A stretch of 64,000 bases of DNA from a virus: IMG/VR virus record IMGVR_UViG_3300028840_004168, positions 1 through 64,000 of that record. One strand, given 5' to 3'. The notes under the pieces were generated by a model. That model made no database searches, was not told the DNA's origin, and saw nothing but the letters and a program-made list of their open reading frames with translations. The position numbers and the translations under genes are program-made. This document shows positions 1-9,088 of this stretch, piece after piece. Within the stretch, counting starts at the first letter, position 1; each line of letters opens with the position of its first letter.

Positions 1-241
1 CAAAGCTACTCCGATGACACTTTGGAAATAAGCAGCCATCTGCAACGCTGAATAAATAAATGCTTCCATAATCAAATTATCCTCTCCATTTTTCAGGCAC
101 AGAGCATCTGTTGCAGCCTTTTTTAGTGCCGCATATGAATGAGTCTATGAACCTGTCTATGCACCAGTTCTTCTTGACACTATCCATAACAGGTGCTTTC
201 TGCGCCTTTTTGTTAGACTTCTTTTGTGCTTTCTTAGCCAT
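1..241 (-). CDS. hypothetical protein, 3'-truncated by window edge, Lys-rich N-terminus
   Basis: Manual translation: ATG at 241 after GGAGG SD, MAKKAQKKSNKKAQKAPVMDSVKKNWCIDRF..., open to position 1; perfect sigma70 promoter just upstream. Confidence 0.8.
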
Positions 242-271
242 ATAAAAAACCTCCAGTTCGAGCTAAGTTCA

Positions 272-300
272 ATTATAATTTGCTTTTTAGGAAATGTCAA
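272..300 (-). promoter_or_regulatory. sigma70-type promoter
   Basis: Minus strand TTGACA-N17-TATAAT, perfect consensus. Confidence 0.85.
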
Positions 301-317
301 GCGAAAAGTTAAGACCT

Positions 318-366
318 AAAAGCACCAAAAGCGCTAGTGCCTTAGTTCACTAAACGCCTTTGATGC
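318..366 (-). terminator. intrinsic terminator-like hairpin
   Basis: GCATCAAAGGCGTTTAGTG-AACTAAGG-CACTAGCGCTTTTGGTGC followed by TTTT; long stem with G-U pairs. Confidence 0.65.
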
Positions 367-390
367 ATTAACAAAATTTTATCAGATTAT

Positions 391-418
391 ATATTATCAA
401 ACTGATTTTAAAAGTCAA
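391..418 (-). promoter_or_regulatory. sigma70-type promoter with extended -10
   Basis: TTGACT-N16 with TGnTAATAT; shares flanks with the 506-533 promoter. Confidence 0.6.
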
Positions 419-422
419 GCAT

Positions 423-465
423 AAAAAACACAAAAAGCGCTGAAGTGATCCAACGCCTTTTGTGT
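423..465 (-). terminator. intrinsic terminator
   Basis: ACACAAAAGGCGTTG-GATCACTT-CAGCGCTTTTTGTGT followed by a T run; downstream of the methyltransferase operon. Confidence 0.75.
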
Positions 466-505
466 AGAAATCTTCTATCCAAAGCCACATTAGATAGTCG
501 ATTAT

Positions 506-533
506 ATTTTAACAACTCGGCAGCAAAAGTCAA
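506..533 (-). promoter_or_regulatory. sigma70-type promoter with extended -10
   Basis: TTGACT-N16 with TGnTAAAAT. Confidence 0.6.
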
Positions 534-547
534 GTATGTTTTTATTT

Positions 548-561
548 TCTGAAATTACAGA
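548..561. repeat. dispersed palindrome TCTGnAATTnCAGA (exact, intergenic)
   Basis: TCTGAAATTACAGA directly after the TylF stop codon and upstream of a -35 box. Confidence 0.8.
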
Positions 562-1155
562 TTATTTTATGATAACTCCTTGATGGTTGAACGCCACTGG
601 AACATTGCTGCCTTTAAAATATTCATCGACTGCAATGCGTGCGCCCTCTGTCTTAGGAAAGAAATAGTCATCGCACACAACGATGCCGTTTGAAAACAAC
701 CTGGGATAAAAGAATTCAAGGCAGTCTTTTGTAGACTGGTATATGTCAACGTCAATGTGGACGAAAGAGAACGTTAGATCTCTGATGCTGTCAGCAGTCT
801 CAGGGAACCTACCTTTGTAGATCGTAGTGTTCTTATACTCATCAAGCATGGCTATTGTGTTCTCAGCGTTCGGAGTCTTAAGCATTCCTTTCCAGCAATA
901 GTTATCTTTCTCATTTGTTTCAGGCATCCCTTCAAAAGTATCGAACAAGTGTATATGGCAGCTTGGCGCAGCTTCAGCCAGCACCATCCCTGAACCACCT
1001 TTGAATACGCCTATCTCAGCTATGTTGCTTCCAGGAAATATCATGTTAGTTCGTAATGCCAATCGATAAATCACGAATAGATTAGCAGGCGGTATGATTG
1101 TATATGACTTAGCCCTGGCCTGCAGCTTTGCAAAATCTTTATCCTGTTTCCACAT
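562..1155 (-). CDS. TylF/MycF-family sugar O-methyltransferase
   Basis: AEIGVFKGGS, HLFDTFEGMP, FVHIDVDIYQST, GIVVCDDY motifs. Confidence 0.88.
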   Translation of the reverse strand: MWKQDKDFAKLQARAKSYTIIPPANLFVIYRLALRTNMIFPGSNIAEIGVFKGGSGMVLAEAAPSCHIHLFDTFEGMPETNEKDNYCWKGMLKTPNAENTIAMLDEYKNTTIYKGRFPETADSIRDLTFSFVHIDVDIYQSTKDCLEFFYPRLFSNGIVVCDDYFFPKTEGARIAVDEYFKGSNVPVAFNHQGVIIK

Positions 1156-1750
1156 GATCTCTCCATTTCTGTTGCTTTATTTTTTTGATTACGATCTCTA
1201 TAGAGAACTCTGCATAAGGATGTTCTTTAATGCCTAAATCGTAAACATGCCCTTCATCACACTTCTTGATATAGACAACGTCACACTCTTTTCTTGGCAG
1301 AGCATCTGCTATCTCTCCTGCAGATACTATATGAGGTTCAGGGTAAGATACCATAGAGAAGTAGAACTTATGACTGGGATTCCACCTTGACGGCAGGTCT
1401 TCTTTCCTTTCATACAGATCCATATGAGGCAGGTATAGCAGGAGATGACCGTCATACTTGATCTTGCGCCACCATTGTCTCAATGCATCGAAAGGATTTG
1501 GTATGTGCTCAAGGCAATGCGATGAATAGATATAGTCGCATGTCTGATCAGGGATGCTCTCTACATCTTTAAACCTGCATCTATGCTTATCAGGCATTTT
1601 ATCAATACACTCGCAGCCAGCAACAAGCAGAGGATCACCACCTGCGCCAATATCGATACCATAGCCATTAGTATATAAATCAAAGAATCCCTCTCTTTTT
1701 CTTCTTTCCACAGCACTTGATGTGCCGCCTTTCCTGCGTGCATTATTCAT
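1139..1750 (-). CDS. class I SAM-dependent methyltransferase (type 11-like)
   Basis: GIDIGAG motif I, DYIYSSHCLEH, WWRKIKYDGHLLLYLP. Confidence 0.85.
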   Translation of the reverse strand: MNNARRKGGTSSAVERRKREGFFDLYTNGYGIDIGAGGDPLLVAGCECIDKMPDKHRCRFKDVESIPDQTCDYIYSSHCLEHIPNPFDALRQWWRKIKYDGHLLLYLPHMDLYERKEDLPSRWNPSHKFYFSMVSYPEPHIVSAGEIADALPRKECDVVYIKKCDEGHVYDLGIKEHPYAEFSIEIVIKKIKQQKWRDHVETG

Positions 1751-2411
1751 TCGATACCCTGTATATAAAGGTTATCTGGTTTGCCCTTGTATGCCCCTGC
1801 AGGTTCTTAGGGCATTCAACCTTAAGCTGTTCTATAATCTGGCCTTCACTTTTGAAAGGGCTCATGTGCCTGCCTTCGCCTGTGTTTTTTGGCTCTATAG
1901 GAATGCTGCCTAGAAGTATGCCATTAGACTTCAACAGCTTCTTTGACTTGGCAACGACCTCTTCAGGATATTTCAGATGTTCAAATATGTCTATCCCTAT
2001 GATCATATCAAATCTCGTAGTGATCTTATCCAGGATGATATTCAAATCGGCCTGGATGAAGTCACAGCTGTAAAATACTTTCTCTTTTGCAGCAAGAGCT
2101 TTGGCTGCCTCTATTCTTTTCATAGAGTAGTCGATGCCATAAGTAAGCCACTTGTATTTCTTTACCATGTGAACTGCTGTCTCGCCAGTGCCGCAACCTA
2201 TGTCCAGCACTATCTTTCCAGCGTCTGCTTTCATGTTTATCTTGTGCATCAGCTCATCAAAAGACTTGCTGGTAAAAGAACAATTAAGCCACACACTTTT
2301 GTTGTAGTAATCAAGATGGTTGTCATAAAACTGCTGCCACTTCTTTTCCTCTTCATGTTTAACATCATGAAACCTTCTTGAAGTCAGTATTCCCATGTCG
2401 TTCTTACTCAT
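1743..2411 (-). CDS. class I SAM-dependent methyltransferase
   Basis: VLDIGCGTG, YGIDYS, DIFEHL, LKSNGILL. Confidence 0.88.
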   Translation of the reverse strand: MSKNDMGILTSRRFHDVKHEEEKKWQQFYDNHLDYYNKSVWLNCSFTSKSFDELMHKINMKADAGKIVLDIGCGTGETAVHMVKKYKWLTYGIDYSMKRIEAAKALAAKEKVFYSCDFIQADLNIILDKITTRFDMIIGIDIFEHLKYPEEVVAKSKKLLKSNGILLGSIPIEPKNTGEGRHMSPFKSEGQIIEQLKVECPKNLQGHTRANQITFIYRVSNE

Positions 2412-2418
2412 GTCTACC

Positions 2419-2988
2419 TCAGTTAAACCATTTGTCGTTTCTGTTGGTCAGCTTATGCTGCAGGTATTCTTCTGTTTCATAGAGGGGCAGCCCAAGCTGC
2501 TTCATTAGAGCGTTTACACTGCGCATGTCTGTCACAATAGATTCATAGTTGGTTAATATAAAGGGCAGCGCCGCATTCTCTATCTCTCTGAATATATGAG
2601 CATACGCTTTCTGCGTTCTTTCCAGTGCAGCCTGTATCTTTTCAAATTCAGACATCTTGTTATAGTCTTTCATATCTCTCATATGCATCTTAGCCATAGA
2701 GCATGCCTGCGGATACCAGTCTCTTGACGTGATCACGACCACAATATTTTTATAGCCTGCTCTCATCAGCTTCTGTTTCATGTTAAGCATGTTAGGCCAT
2801 TCGACTCCATGAGGAACGCTCTTGCGCCACACGACAGGATCTCCGTTAGTGCCTTTGAAATCTTCCTTATCCCATTTCTGCCTGTGTTCCGCATCTCCCA
2901 GGCATCCTTTTGACAATAGTAATCGGGTAGTCATCCTTGTGCCTGTGCTTTCAGGGCCAATCACAATGTAAGCTCTGCCTTTCATCAT
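2419..2988 (-). CDS. sulfotransferase-like P-loop protein
   Basis: N-terminal IVIGPESTGTRMTTRLL resembles the 5'-PSB loop; VVITSRDW and TNYESIV resemble the 3'-PB and YEDL motifs. Confidence 0.55.
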   Translation of the reverse strand: MMKGRAYIVIGPESTGTRMTTRLLLSKGCLGDAEHRQKWDKEDFKGTNGDPVVWRKSVPHGVEWPNMLNMKQKLMRAGYKNIVVVITSRDWYPQACSMAKMHMRDMKDYNKMSEFEKIQAALERTQKAYAHIFREIENAALPFILTNYESIVTDMRSVNALMKQLGLPLYETEEYLQHKLTNRNDKWFN

Positions 2989-3836
2989 TCACTCCTTAAA
3001 AAATTTTCTAAAATTTCATAATTTATTTTTGACTGTATTGTGTAATACATTTTTTTGTCTTCGTTTGGCTTAGGAGAAAAATCTACTCCGAGAAAAGGTT
3101 TGAGCCCTGGCATCGTGCCCTTCAACGTGTGGTCTATCAGGGCATCTATATCATGTCTGAAAGTCTTTCTATGCCTGTGCTCAGAGTTGTTGCCATAGAT
3201 AGCGACAAGCTTCTTAGGCGCAAAACCAGCAGTAGCAGCAAAATGCGTGATGCCAGTATCACCGCCCACATAGACATCGGCAGTCATAATCTCTCTGGTA
3301 GTATCGTCTATACTGCCACAGACGCTGCTGATAGCCTTTGCATTCTCTTCAGTGAAAGGTATTTCACTGACTACCCTCTTCTCTCCTACTACTACAACAT
3401 CATAGCCTGTATCTCTGAGAGCGCTTACGATCTTATTAACCAGCAATACGTTCCAGTTTCTATCTGCATTGTAAGGAGCATTCATCAACGGATTAACCAC
3501 AGCTTTCTTTTTGTCATACTGGTTTTTATATATATTTTTTATCTTGAGAGTTACCTGCATGATCCTGTGAATGAAATCCCACCAAGCCCAAACATTGCCA
3601 CCATAAGGCCAATCAGGGCCTGGAGTGTCTGTAACTCTCTCTGGAAAATATTTCATCAGGTATCTTGAATTGACATCTATCGGGCACTCTGACATGTTGA
3701 ACAGTATCTCTTTTCCGTAGTGCTGCCTCATAGCTTCATTGATAGCCATTACTGCGATCAGATCTCCCATCCTGACATGACCGAAGTTTCCTTTCGTTGT
3801 ATATATGTTGCTTTCAAGGTTGTCTAATCTAAACAT
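2985..3836 (-). CDS. glycosyltransferase family 9 (heptosyltransferase-like)
   Basis: RMGDLI N-terminal motif and ADVYVGGDTGITHFAA (DsG..HlA) C-terminal motif. Confidence 0.8.
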   Translation of the reverse strand: MFRLDNLESNIYTTKGNFGHVRMGDLIAVMAINEAMRQHYGKEILFNMSECPIDVNSRYLMKYFPERVTDTPGPDWPYGGNVWAWWDFIHRIMQVTLKIKNIYKNQYDKKKAVVNPLMNAPYNADRNWNVLLVNKIVSALRDTGYDVVVVGEKRVVSEIPFTEENAKAISSVCGSIDDTTREIMTADVYVGGDTGITHFAATAGFAPKKLVAIYGNNSEHRHRKTFRHDIDALIDHTLKGTMPGLKPFLGVDFSPKPNEDKKMYYTIQSKINYEILENFLRSE

Positions 3837-3839
3837 GTT

Positions 3840-4625
3840 TTACTCCAGGTTAAGATTTATTTTTATAAAGTCTTTATCTATCGTATTGAGATAAAGAGCG
3901 CCGTTGACAACTAGCTCATACAATACTTCTTTCTGAAATTTTTTGACAGGCGCTTGGCGCTTGCTTTCGCCAGACATGTCATCTTCAAAGTTACCTTTAT
4001 CATCACACATCAATATATATCTTATCAGGTCTATACCTATCACACCGAATGCGAAAGCATCTGCCATGTCACTTACATCAGTGTCATAGTCATAGTTCTT
4101 GTATACCGATTTTATCATGAGATCTTTGGTCTTAGAAGGAGTCACTGCAGGATTCTTCTGAGACAAACCGCCAGCGTATTTCTTAGCCCTTAACGGCGGC
4201 ACACGTATACAGACTATTTCGTTATCCCACATGATAGCCCTTGTCAAGAAGCCATGCTCTCCAGACAGAGCAGCAGAGTTAGGGCTGTTGTATGAGTATC
4301 CTTCCATTACAACAAGGTCTATGCAGATGTCTCTCTCTTTCATCTCTTCCAGGATCTCACTCACCCTGTCCCTGATAATGATCAATCGCTTGTCTGTGTT
4401 GTTGATCTTGCTTGAGTTGAAAGCTATCAGCTCTTCATGGACTACATCTCTCTGTGCATCAAGCACCACTACTCCGTATGAAGTTGTAGAAGGATCTATA
4501 CCAATAGCATAGCAGTCAGCAGGAGAAGTTTCGAGCTTGGCAAAATACTCTCTCATGGAGATGATGTTTTCCTTGAAGGCTGCCTGTTTCTCTGCTTTCC
4601 TCATGTTCTTTTCTTTTTTAGCCAT
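3840..4625 (-). CDS. ruvC: RuvC-like Holliday junction resolvase
   Basis: IGIDPSTTSYG, VVMEGYSY, DMADAFA catalytic acidic motifs. Confidence 0.82.
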   Translation of the reverse strand: MAKKEKNMRKAEKQAAFKENIISMREYFAKLETSPADCYAIGIDPSTTSYGVVVLDAQRDVVHEELIAFNSSKINNTDKRLIIIRDRVSEILEEMKERDICIDLVVMEGYSYNSPNSAALSGEHGFLTRAIMWDNEIVCIRVPPLRAKKYAGGLSQKNPAVTPSKTKDLMIKSVYKNYDYDTDVSDMADAFAFGVIGIDLIRYILMCDDKGNFEDDMSGESKRQAPVKKFQKEVLYELVVNGALYLNTIDKDFIKINLNLE

Positions 4626-4966
4626 TAGATAAATTTCCTTATGTTGGCCTTTCGTTTTTTAAACTTCTTTGCGTTGATCAGACACTCATGTATTGCCTTT
4701 CTCAGATCGACAGGTATGTCATGGTTATCGTGCAGTGAGATCAAGTAGAAGAAGCCCCACCTGTTCTTGGCTATCTCACCTATGGGCTGCCCTTTATAAG
4801 CCCCTGAGAGCATGACTATCGTGCCCTCGACGTGCCTGTATTCTATGTTGGCACTCTTCTTAGTCTTTCTGACTCTGCCAGATTCGCCCTTGTCATATCC
4901 TTCTATTTTATCAAGATCAAGTGCCATGATTGAATAGTGCGTGGCAGCACATGTCTGCGCCGTCAC
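4625..4966 (-). CDS. hypothetical protein with (F/S)GxYKG motif
   Basis: ORF track; MLSGAYKGQPIGEI resembles the small FGKYKG-type domain. Confidence 0.6.
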   Translation of the reverse strand: MTAQTCAATHYSIMALDLDKIEGYDKGESGRVRKTKKSANIEYRHVEGTIVMLSGAYKGQPIGEIAKNRWGFFYLISLHDNHDIPVDLRKAIHECLINAKKFKKRKANIRKFI

Positions 4967-5009
4967 TTCTCTGTACTGCCACGCTTGTTAGCAAAAGAGC
5001 TAACGATGG

Positions 5010-5327
5010 TTAGATTGTTGTTATTTGCCGTTTCTTCTTCTGAGGCATCAAGTGACTGCCCCCTTTGTTAAACACACCTTCAGTTCGTATCTTCGCTACA
5101 ATCCTGTTAACCTGAATGATAAACTCTTCAGGGTATTCATCGAACAGGATTGTTTCGAAAATTGCATTTGCCATGTTTGTGATTGAGTCTTCTAGCGACA
5201 GCCCCAGGAAGAGGCCAGTTGTAACCATACTGTGTATCAGTGATGACAGCGATTGCGTTTCGCCGTTTAAGGAAATTTTATCTTCACCCAAGAATTTAAA
5301 ATGAAATTCCATATTTTTTTTACCCAC
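5010..5327 (-). CDS. hypothetical protein
   Basis: ORF track; tightly packed in the operon. Confidence 0.6.
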   Translation of the reverse strand: MGKKNMEFHFKFLGEDKISLNGETQSLSSLIHSMVTTGLFLGLSLEDSITNMANAIFETILFDEYPEEFIIQVNRIVAKIRTEGVFNKGGSHLMPQKKKRQITTI

Positions 5328-5511
5328 AGAGCAGATTGATGTTCTTAGCCTCTTCGGTTTTGACAGCGTCAGCCAGGATGTCTTTGGAGTCTTTAGTAAC
5401 CCAACTCAACTCAGTGAACTCTGCACCTATAGTGATGCTGAATTCCTCTGTACCATTGTCCTTGCCTACTTCAGTGTATTCTGCCGGATCTATGATTATT
5501 TCTGATGCCAT
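5320..5511 (-). CDS. acidic hypothetical protein (63 aa)
   Basis: Start revised to ATG 5511 (MASEIIIDPAEY) behind AAGGAGCAAACG. Confidence 0.7.
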   Translation of the reverse strand: MASEIIIDPAEYTEVGKDNGTEEFSITIGAEFTELSWVTKDSKDILADAVKTEEAKNINLLCG

Positions 5512-5526
5512 CGTTTGCTCCTTAAA

Positions 5527-5582
5527 GTGTGTGGCAGGGACGGTTGAGAACCGATCCCCCTGCCACAAGTCGGGCTCACACA
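5527..5582 (-). other. GC-rich intergenic stem-loop
   Basis: GTGGCAGGG..CGGTT-CTC-AACCG..CCCTGCCAC with flanking GTGTGTG/CACACAC, directly upstream of an SD. Confidence 0.65.
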
Positions 5583-5588
5583 CCCCTC

Positions 5589-5777
5589 TTAATATTTCTG
5601 CCAGACTACATCACTTTCAGCTTCAAATACTTCCTGCTTCATTTCTCTCTCTTCGAGCTGGCCCATCTGGTCTAGGAAGTCCAGAGCTTTGGTGCATTCA
5701 TCACCTGTGAAGCCCTGTGCTTCCACTTCTACTTTTCCGTTAGGACGGAATGTGATTTTAGCTTCTTCTGTTGCCAT
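5589..5777 (-). CDS. DUF2997-family protein
   Basis: ITFRPNGKVEVEAQGFTGDECTKALDFL..MG pattern; adjacent to DUF1257 and AAA genes; start revised to ATG 5777. Confidence 0.8.
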   Translation of the reverse strand: MATEEAKITFRPNGKVEVEAQGFTGDECTKALDFLDQMGQLEEREMKQEVFEAESDVVWQKY

Positions 5778-5790
5778 TGAATACACCCCC

Positions 5791-6252
5791 TTAGTATTTT
5801 TCTCTCTTCACTTCGATCTTGATAGCGCCATCGTCCTGGAAGAGAAATTTGTCGTTATAGGTTTTAGGAACGAGAATACCGTCCTTGTCACGCTGCCAGA
5901 TAGTGAACTGGCGCTTCTCTGCCTGTTCTACTGCACTGTGGGCATTATACAGGACATTGACCTTGCTGCCATTCTCTCCGATCTTACGGCTGATGCGATT
6001 GTTCCAGTCATCATACTCGAACCTGCAATTGCCCTCTGCATCTTCGACCATCGCCGCCTGATAGCCATCGTCAAAACCAGAGATCACGAACGTCCTCTGG
6101 CCTTCTTTGCCAACGTTCATGCGACCATAACCCTTGATAGTCTGCTCTCCCTGGGCTTCTACCATCTGGAGATCAAGTTCAGCAAGGGCACGCTGCAGCA
6201 TTTCTGCGCTAACGTTTTTTAACTCAGTCTTGATAGTTGATTTGTGGCTCAT
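5791..6252 (-). CDS. DUF1257 / Ycf35-like protein
   Basis: Characteristic N-terminus MSHKSTIKTELKN...LQRALAELDL; YDDW and Y..H..VEQAEKRQF. Confidence 0.8.
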   Translation of the reverse strand: MSHKSTIKTELKNVSAEMLQRALAELDLQMVEAQGEQTIKGYGRMNVGKEGQRTFVISGFDDGYQAAMVEDAEGNCRFEYDDWNNRISRKIGENGSKVNVLYNAHSAVEQAEKRQFTIWQRDKDGILVPKTYNDKFLFQDDGAIKIEVKREKY

Positions 6253-6279
6253 GTTTGCTCCTTTGCTTAAATTTGAATC

Positions 6280-6308
6280 ATTATAATCATTGCTTTCCTA
6301 TAAGTCAA
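6280..6308 (-). promoter_or_regulatory. sigma70-type promoter
   Basis: TTGACT-N17-TATAAT upstream of the DUF1257 gene. Confidence 0.8.
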
Positions 6309-6311
6309 GCA

Positions 6312-7364
6312 TTATTTGCTTTGTGCCTTTTTGAAGTTAATTTTTCTCCGCTTGTTCCTGATCAACTTGACAGTAGCCTTATCTGTGCTCTCAAGTATGC
6401 TTGAGAGTGCCTCATTTACCGCCTGAGCCGCTTTCTTGTCATCTCTAATACCTTCACCGCCACCAGACTTAGAAATCAATTTCTGAAGGTCTGAGAGCTG
6501 TCTCTCGATGCTTCTATCGCCAGTGAAGTTAAACGCCTTGACCTGATCGATCAGGATAGCCAGCCGCTTTGTATTAGCCTGAGAGATAATGTTATCCTCT
6601 TTAATCTTCCTTGCAGCCAGAGAACAGAATTCATCAATACGGTCTTTAAGGCTATCAACTACTCCACCTACAAATCCGTCTACCCTCTTCTCCATTTCCT
6701 GACAGTATTTCTTCCGAGCAGCTATCAGGGTATCAGCATCTATCTCAGTCATGGCAGCGTTAGCACCCATCTGCGGAGATCTGATTTCAAACAATACATA
6801 GTCGAAGCGATACTGCCCCTCTATATATCCCTTATCAGGCATCGCAGCTCTCAGGCTGTGGTGAAACACACTCTTGAATTGTTCGATAGTGCCTTTGTAT
6901 CCCCTTGCTACGGCGTTAGTATATGCTGCCTGTGTGATATTATCATAGGACTCAAGCAGCTTGTTCAGCCTGTTTACATAGGAATTGATTACGTCCTCAG
7001 CAGCAGACTCGAACTCTTCTCTGATCTCATCCAGCTTCTCAGTGACAGTCTCTATAAAATTATAAGGAATGAAGAAGAGTCCATTAGCCAGGAAAGGCAT
7101 TCCATACTGCTGCAGGATGTTCCTTGCTTTGGCATCAGCGTTCCTGGGTTTGTTCCTCAGCTCTCTGGATATGAGATACTTGGAACCAAGAGACATGACC
7201 TCTTTGTTAATGTCTTCATCATTCAATCCGAGATCGGACGGCTTGATAGCCTTACGCCCTGTCCAAAATGAAATGTTCAGGGCGCAGACTACTCCGTTCT
7301 CATAGATCCTGTCAGTGATCGGCTTGGCTTTGATCTGTCGTTTCTTTTTAGTTTCGTTTACCAT
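6312..7364 (-). CDS. DUF3150-like helical protein
   Basis: LNISFWTGRKAI..DLGL...LGSKYLI...GMPF..GLFFIP pattern; start revised to ATG 7364 (the track start lies inside the promoter). Confidence 0.6.
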   Translation of the reverse strand: MVNETKKKRQIKAKPITDRIYENGVVCALNISFWTGRKAIKPSDLGLNDEDINKEVMSLGSKYLISRELRNKPRNADAKARNILQQYGMPFLANGLFFIPYNFIETVTEKLDEIREEFESAAEDVINSYVNRLNKLLESYDNITQAAYTNAVARGYKGTIEQFKSVFHHSLRAAMPDKGYIEGQYRFDYVLFEIRSPQMGANAAMTEIDADTLIAARKKYCQEMEKRVDGFVGGVVDSLKDRIDEFCSLAARKIKEDNIISQANTKRLAILIDQVKAFNFTGDRSIERQLSDLQKLISKSGGGEGIRDDKKAAQAVNEALSSILESTDKATVKLIRNKRRKINFKKAQSK

Positions 7365-7392
7365 CGTTTGCTCCTTTAAAGCATTTTCTTCA

Positions 7393-7421
7393 AGTATACT
7401 TGGCTTTTTAAAAACTGTCAA
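7393..7421 (-). promoter_or_regulatory. sigma70-type promoter
   Basis: TTGACA-N17-TATACT; -10 lies within the palindrome CAAGTATACTTG. Confidence 0.8.
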
Positions 7422-7430
7422 GTATTTTTT

Positions 7431-7444
7431 TCTGAAATTTCAGA
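7431..7444. repeat. dispersed palindrome TCTGnAATTnCAGA (perfect, intergenic)
   Basis: TCTGAAATTTCAGA directly after the AAA gene stop and upstream of a -35 box. Confidence 0.85.
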
Positions 7445-9049
7445 TCAAACATTTATGTTCCTTTTCTTTTTCTGGCCTTGCGACTTCTTCTCCATCGGAG
7501 TAGAAGCTGGCATTGCCCTTCCAGACAGCTTAGCCCTCATGGTATCTATCTGTGTCTTCATAGTCTTTGTCAGAGGGTTAATCTCTCTCAGCTCTGCTTC
7601 CAGATCCTTGTCAGCCAGCTTGCGTTTTCCATCGCTGAAAGACCTGAACAGCGCTCCATTGACTATTTCTTCGATCTCGCTGCCAGTCAGATCCTGAGCC
7701 ATGTTAGACAGCTTCTCAAGGTTATAGTTTTTAGGCTTGCGACCCCTTTTCTTCAGGTGGATCTCAAAGATCTCTTTACGCTCTTTGTGATTTGGAAGAT
7801 CGACATATACCAGATTGTCGAAACGCCCTCTGCGCAGGAACTCAGGCGGTAAGCTGTCGATGTTATTGCAGGTAGCAACTACAAAAACAAAAGACTTCTT
7901 TTCCTGCAGCCACGTGAGCAGCTTTCCGAAGACCCTTGCAGTAACACCGCTATCGGTATTGCCAGAGCTCTGCACCCCTGCCAGACCTTTTTCGATCTCA
8001 TCAACGAACAGGATACAGGGAGCCATAGCTTCGGCAGTAGCAATGATCTTGTTGACATTGGCCTCAGACTGGCCTACCAGAGAACCGAACACCTTGCCGA
8101 TGTCAAAGTATAACAAGGGCAGACCCCAGTTTACAGCGATGGCCTTACCCACCAGAGACTTACCACAGCCAGGGATACCCAGGAGCATGATGCCCTTCGG
8201 TATCGGGAGCCCATAATCTCTGGCCTCTTTGGTGAATGCGCTTTTGCGCAGCTCAAGCCAGCCTTTAAGTCTGTCAAGGCCGCCTACTTCATTCATGTTG
8301 GTTTCAGGATGGAAGACATCTATCAGCGTGCTCTTCTTCAGCTGCTTGCTCTTTTCTTCCTGAATAGTTTCAGGATCAAGATCGCCCTGCTTCTTGACGA
8401 TGCCTAAAGCATATGCGCCAGATATCTCCTGGGAAGTCATACCCTGAGCTGATCTTACCAATGCAGCTATCCTGTCTTCTTCGATCTCTTCCATATCAAG
8501 ATCGGCATCTTTAAGAGTATCTTCCAGACAGATCTTAACTTCTTCTTCTGTAGGAAGTGCAAACTCCATCCAGGCCACATCTTTTTCGATCTCGATAGGC
8601 AGCTCGATCTGTGCGCCAGTGATAATCAGGTTCTTGCTGACCTGTCTGAATTCAGCGCCCAGGTCTTTGATATACTGTTTTACCATAGGATGCTTCAAGT
8701 ATTCATGGAAGTTGAACATCACTATAATGCTCTTGTCTTCAAAGCTTCTGGTATAGGACAGTGCCTGAATAGCATCCAGTATAGGCCTGTCATTACCACC
8801 ATTTTCTCCAGTAGCTACCGCTACATCAGCATGGTCTTTAAACCCTTCAGTGCATGTCCACTTGTAGTATTTGACCTCTCTATCAGAGGCGTATACCTTA
8901 GCAGCAACGAGCTTGATAGCATCTTCCAGTCTATGATCTTCATATGACTGAATGGTTATTACGCCCATACTGGCATTGAAATGATCCCAAAGGCTTTGCT
9001 GGAATTCGGTAAGCTCAATTTTTTCAACATCAATTTTTTCTTCGTCCAT
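7445..9049 (-). CDS. Ycf46-like AAA+ ATPase
   Basis: Walker A GIPGCGKS, SLVGQSE pore loop, Walker B ILFVDEIEKG, sensor TCN, Arg finger FLRRGRFD, degenerate N-terminal AAA domain. Confidence 0.9.
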   Translation of the reverse strand: MDEEKIDVEKIELTEFQQSLWDHFNASMGVITIQSYEDHRLEDAIKLVAAKVYASDREVKYYKWTCTEGFKDHADVAVATGENGGNDRPILDAIQALSYTRSFEDKSIIVMFNFHEYLKHPMVKQYIKDLGAEFRQVSKNLIITGAQIELPIEIEKDVAWMEFALPTEEEVKICLEDTLKDADLDMEEIEEDRIAALVRSAQGMTSQEISGAYALGIVKKQGDLDPETIQEEKSKQLKKSTLIDVFHPETNMNEVGGLDRLKGWLELRKSAFTKEARDYGLPIPKGIMLLGIPGCGKSLVGKAIAVNWGLPLLYFDIGKVFGSLVGQSEANVNKIIATAEAMAPCILFVDEIEKGLAGVQSSGNTDSGVTARVFGKLLTWLQEKKSFVFVVATCNNIDSLPPEFLRRGRFDNLVYVDLPNHKERKEIFEIHLKKRGRKPKNYNLEKLSNMAQDLTGSEIEEIVNGALFRSFSDGKRKLADKDLEAELREINPLTKTMKTQIDTMRAKLSGRAMPASTPMEKKSQGQKKKRNINV

Positions 9050-9088
9050 CGTTGGCTCCTTAAAAAATATTTAAAACATCTAAATGCA

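Noticed and set aside
462-480. ATTTCTAC resembling a Cas12a repeat fragment
   Set aside because: Single short match without the paired GTAGAT arm and no repeat-spacer array.
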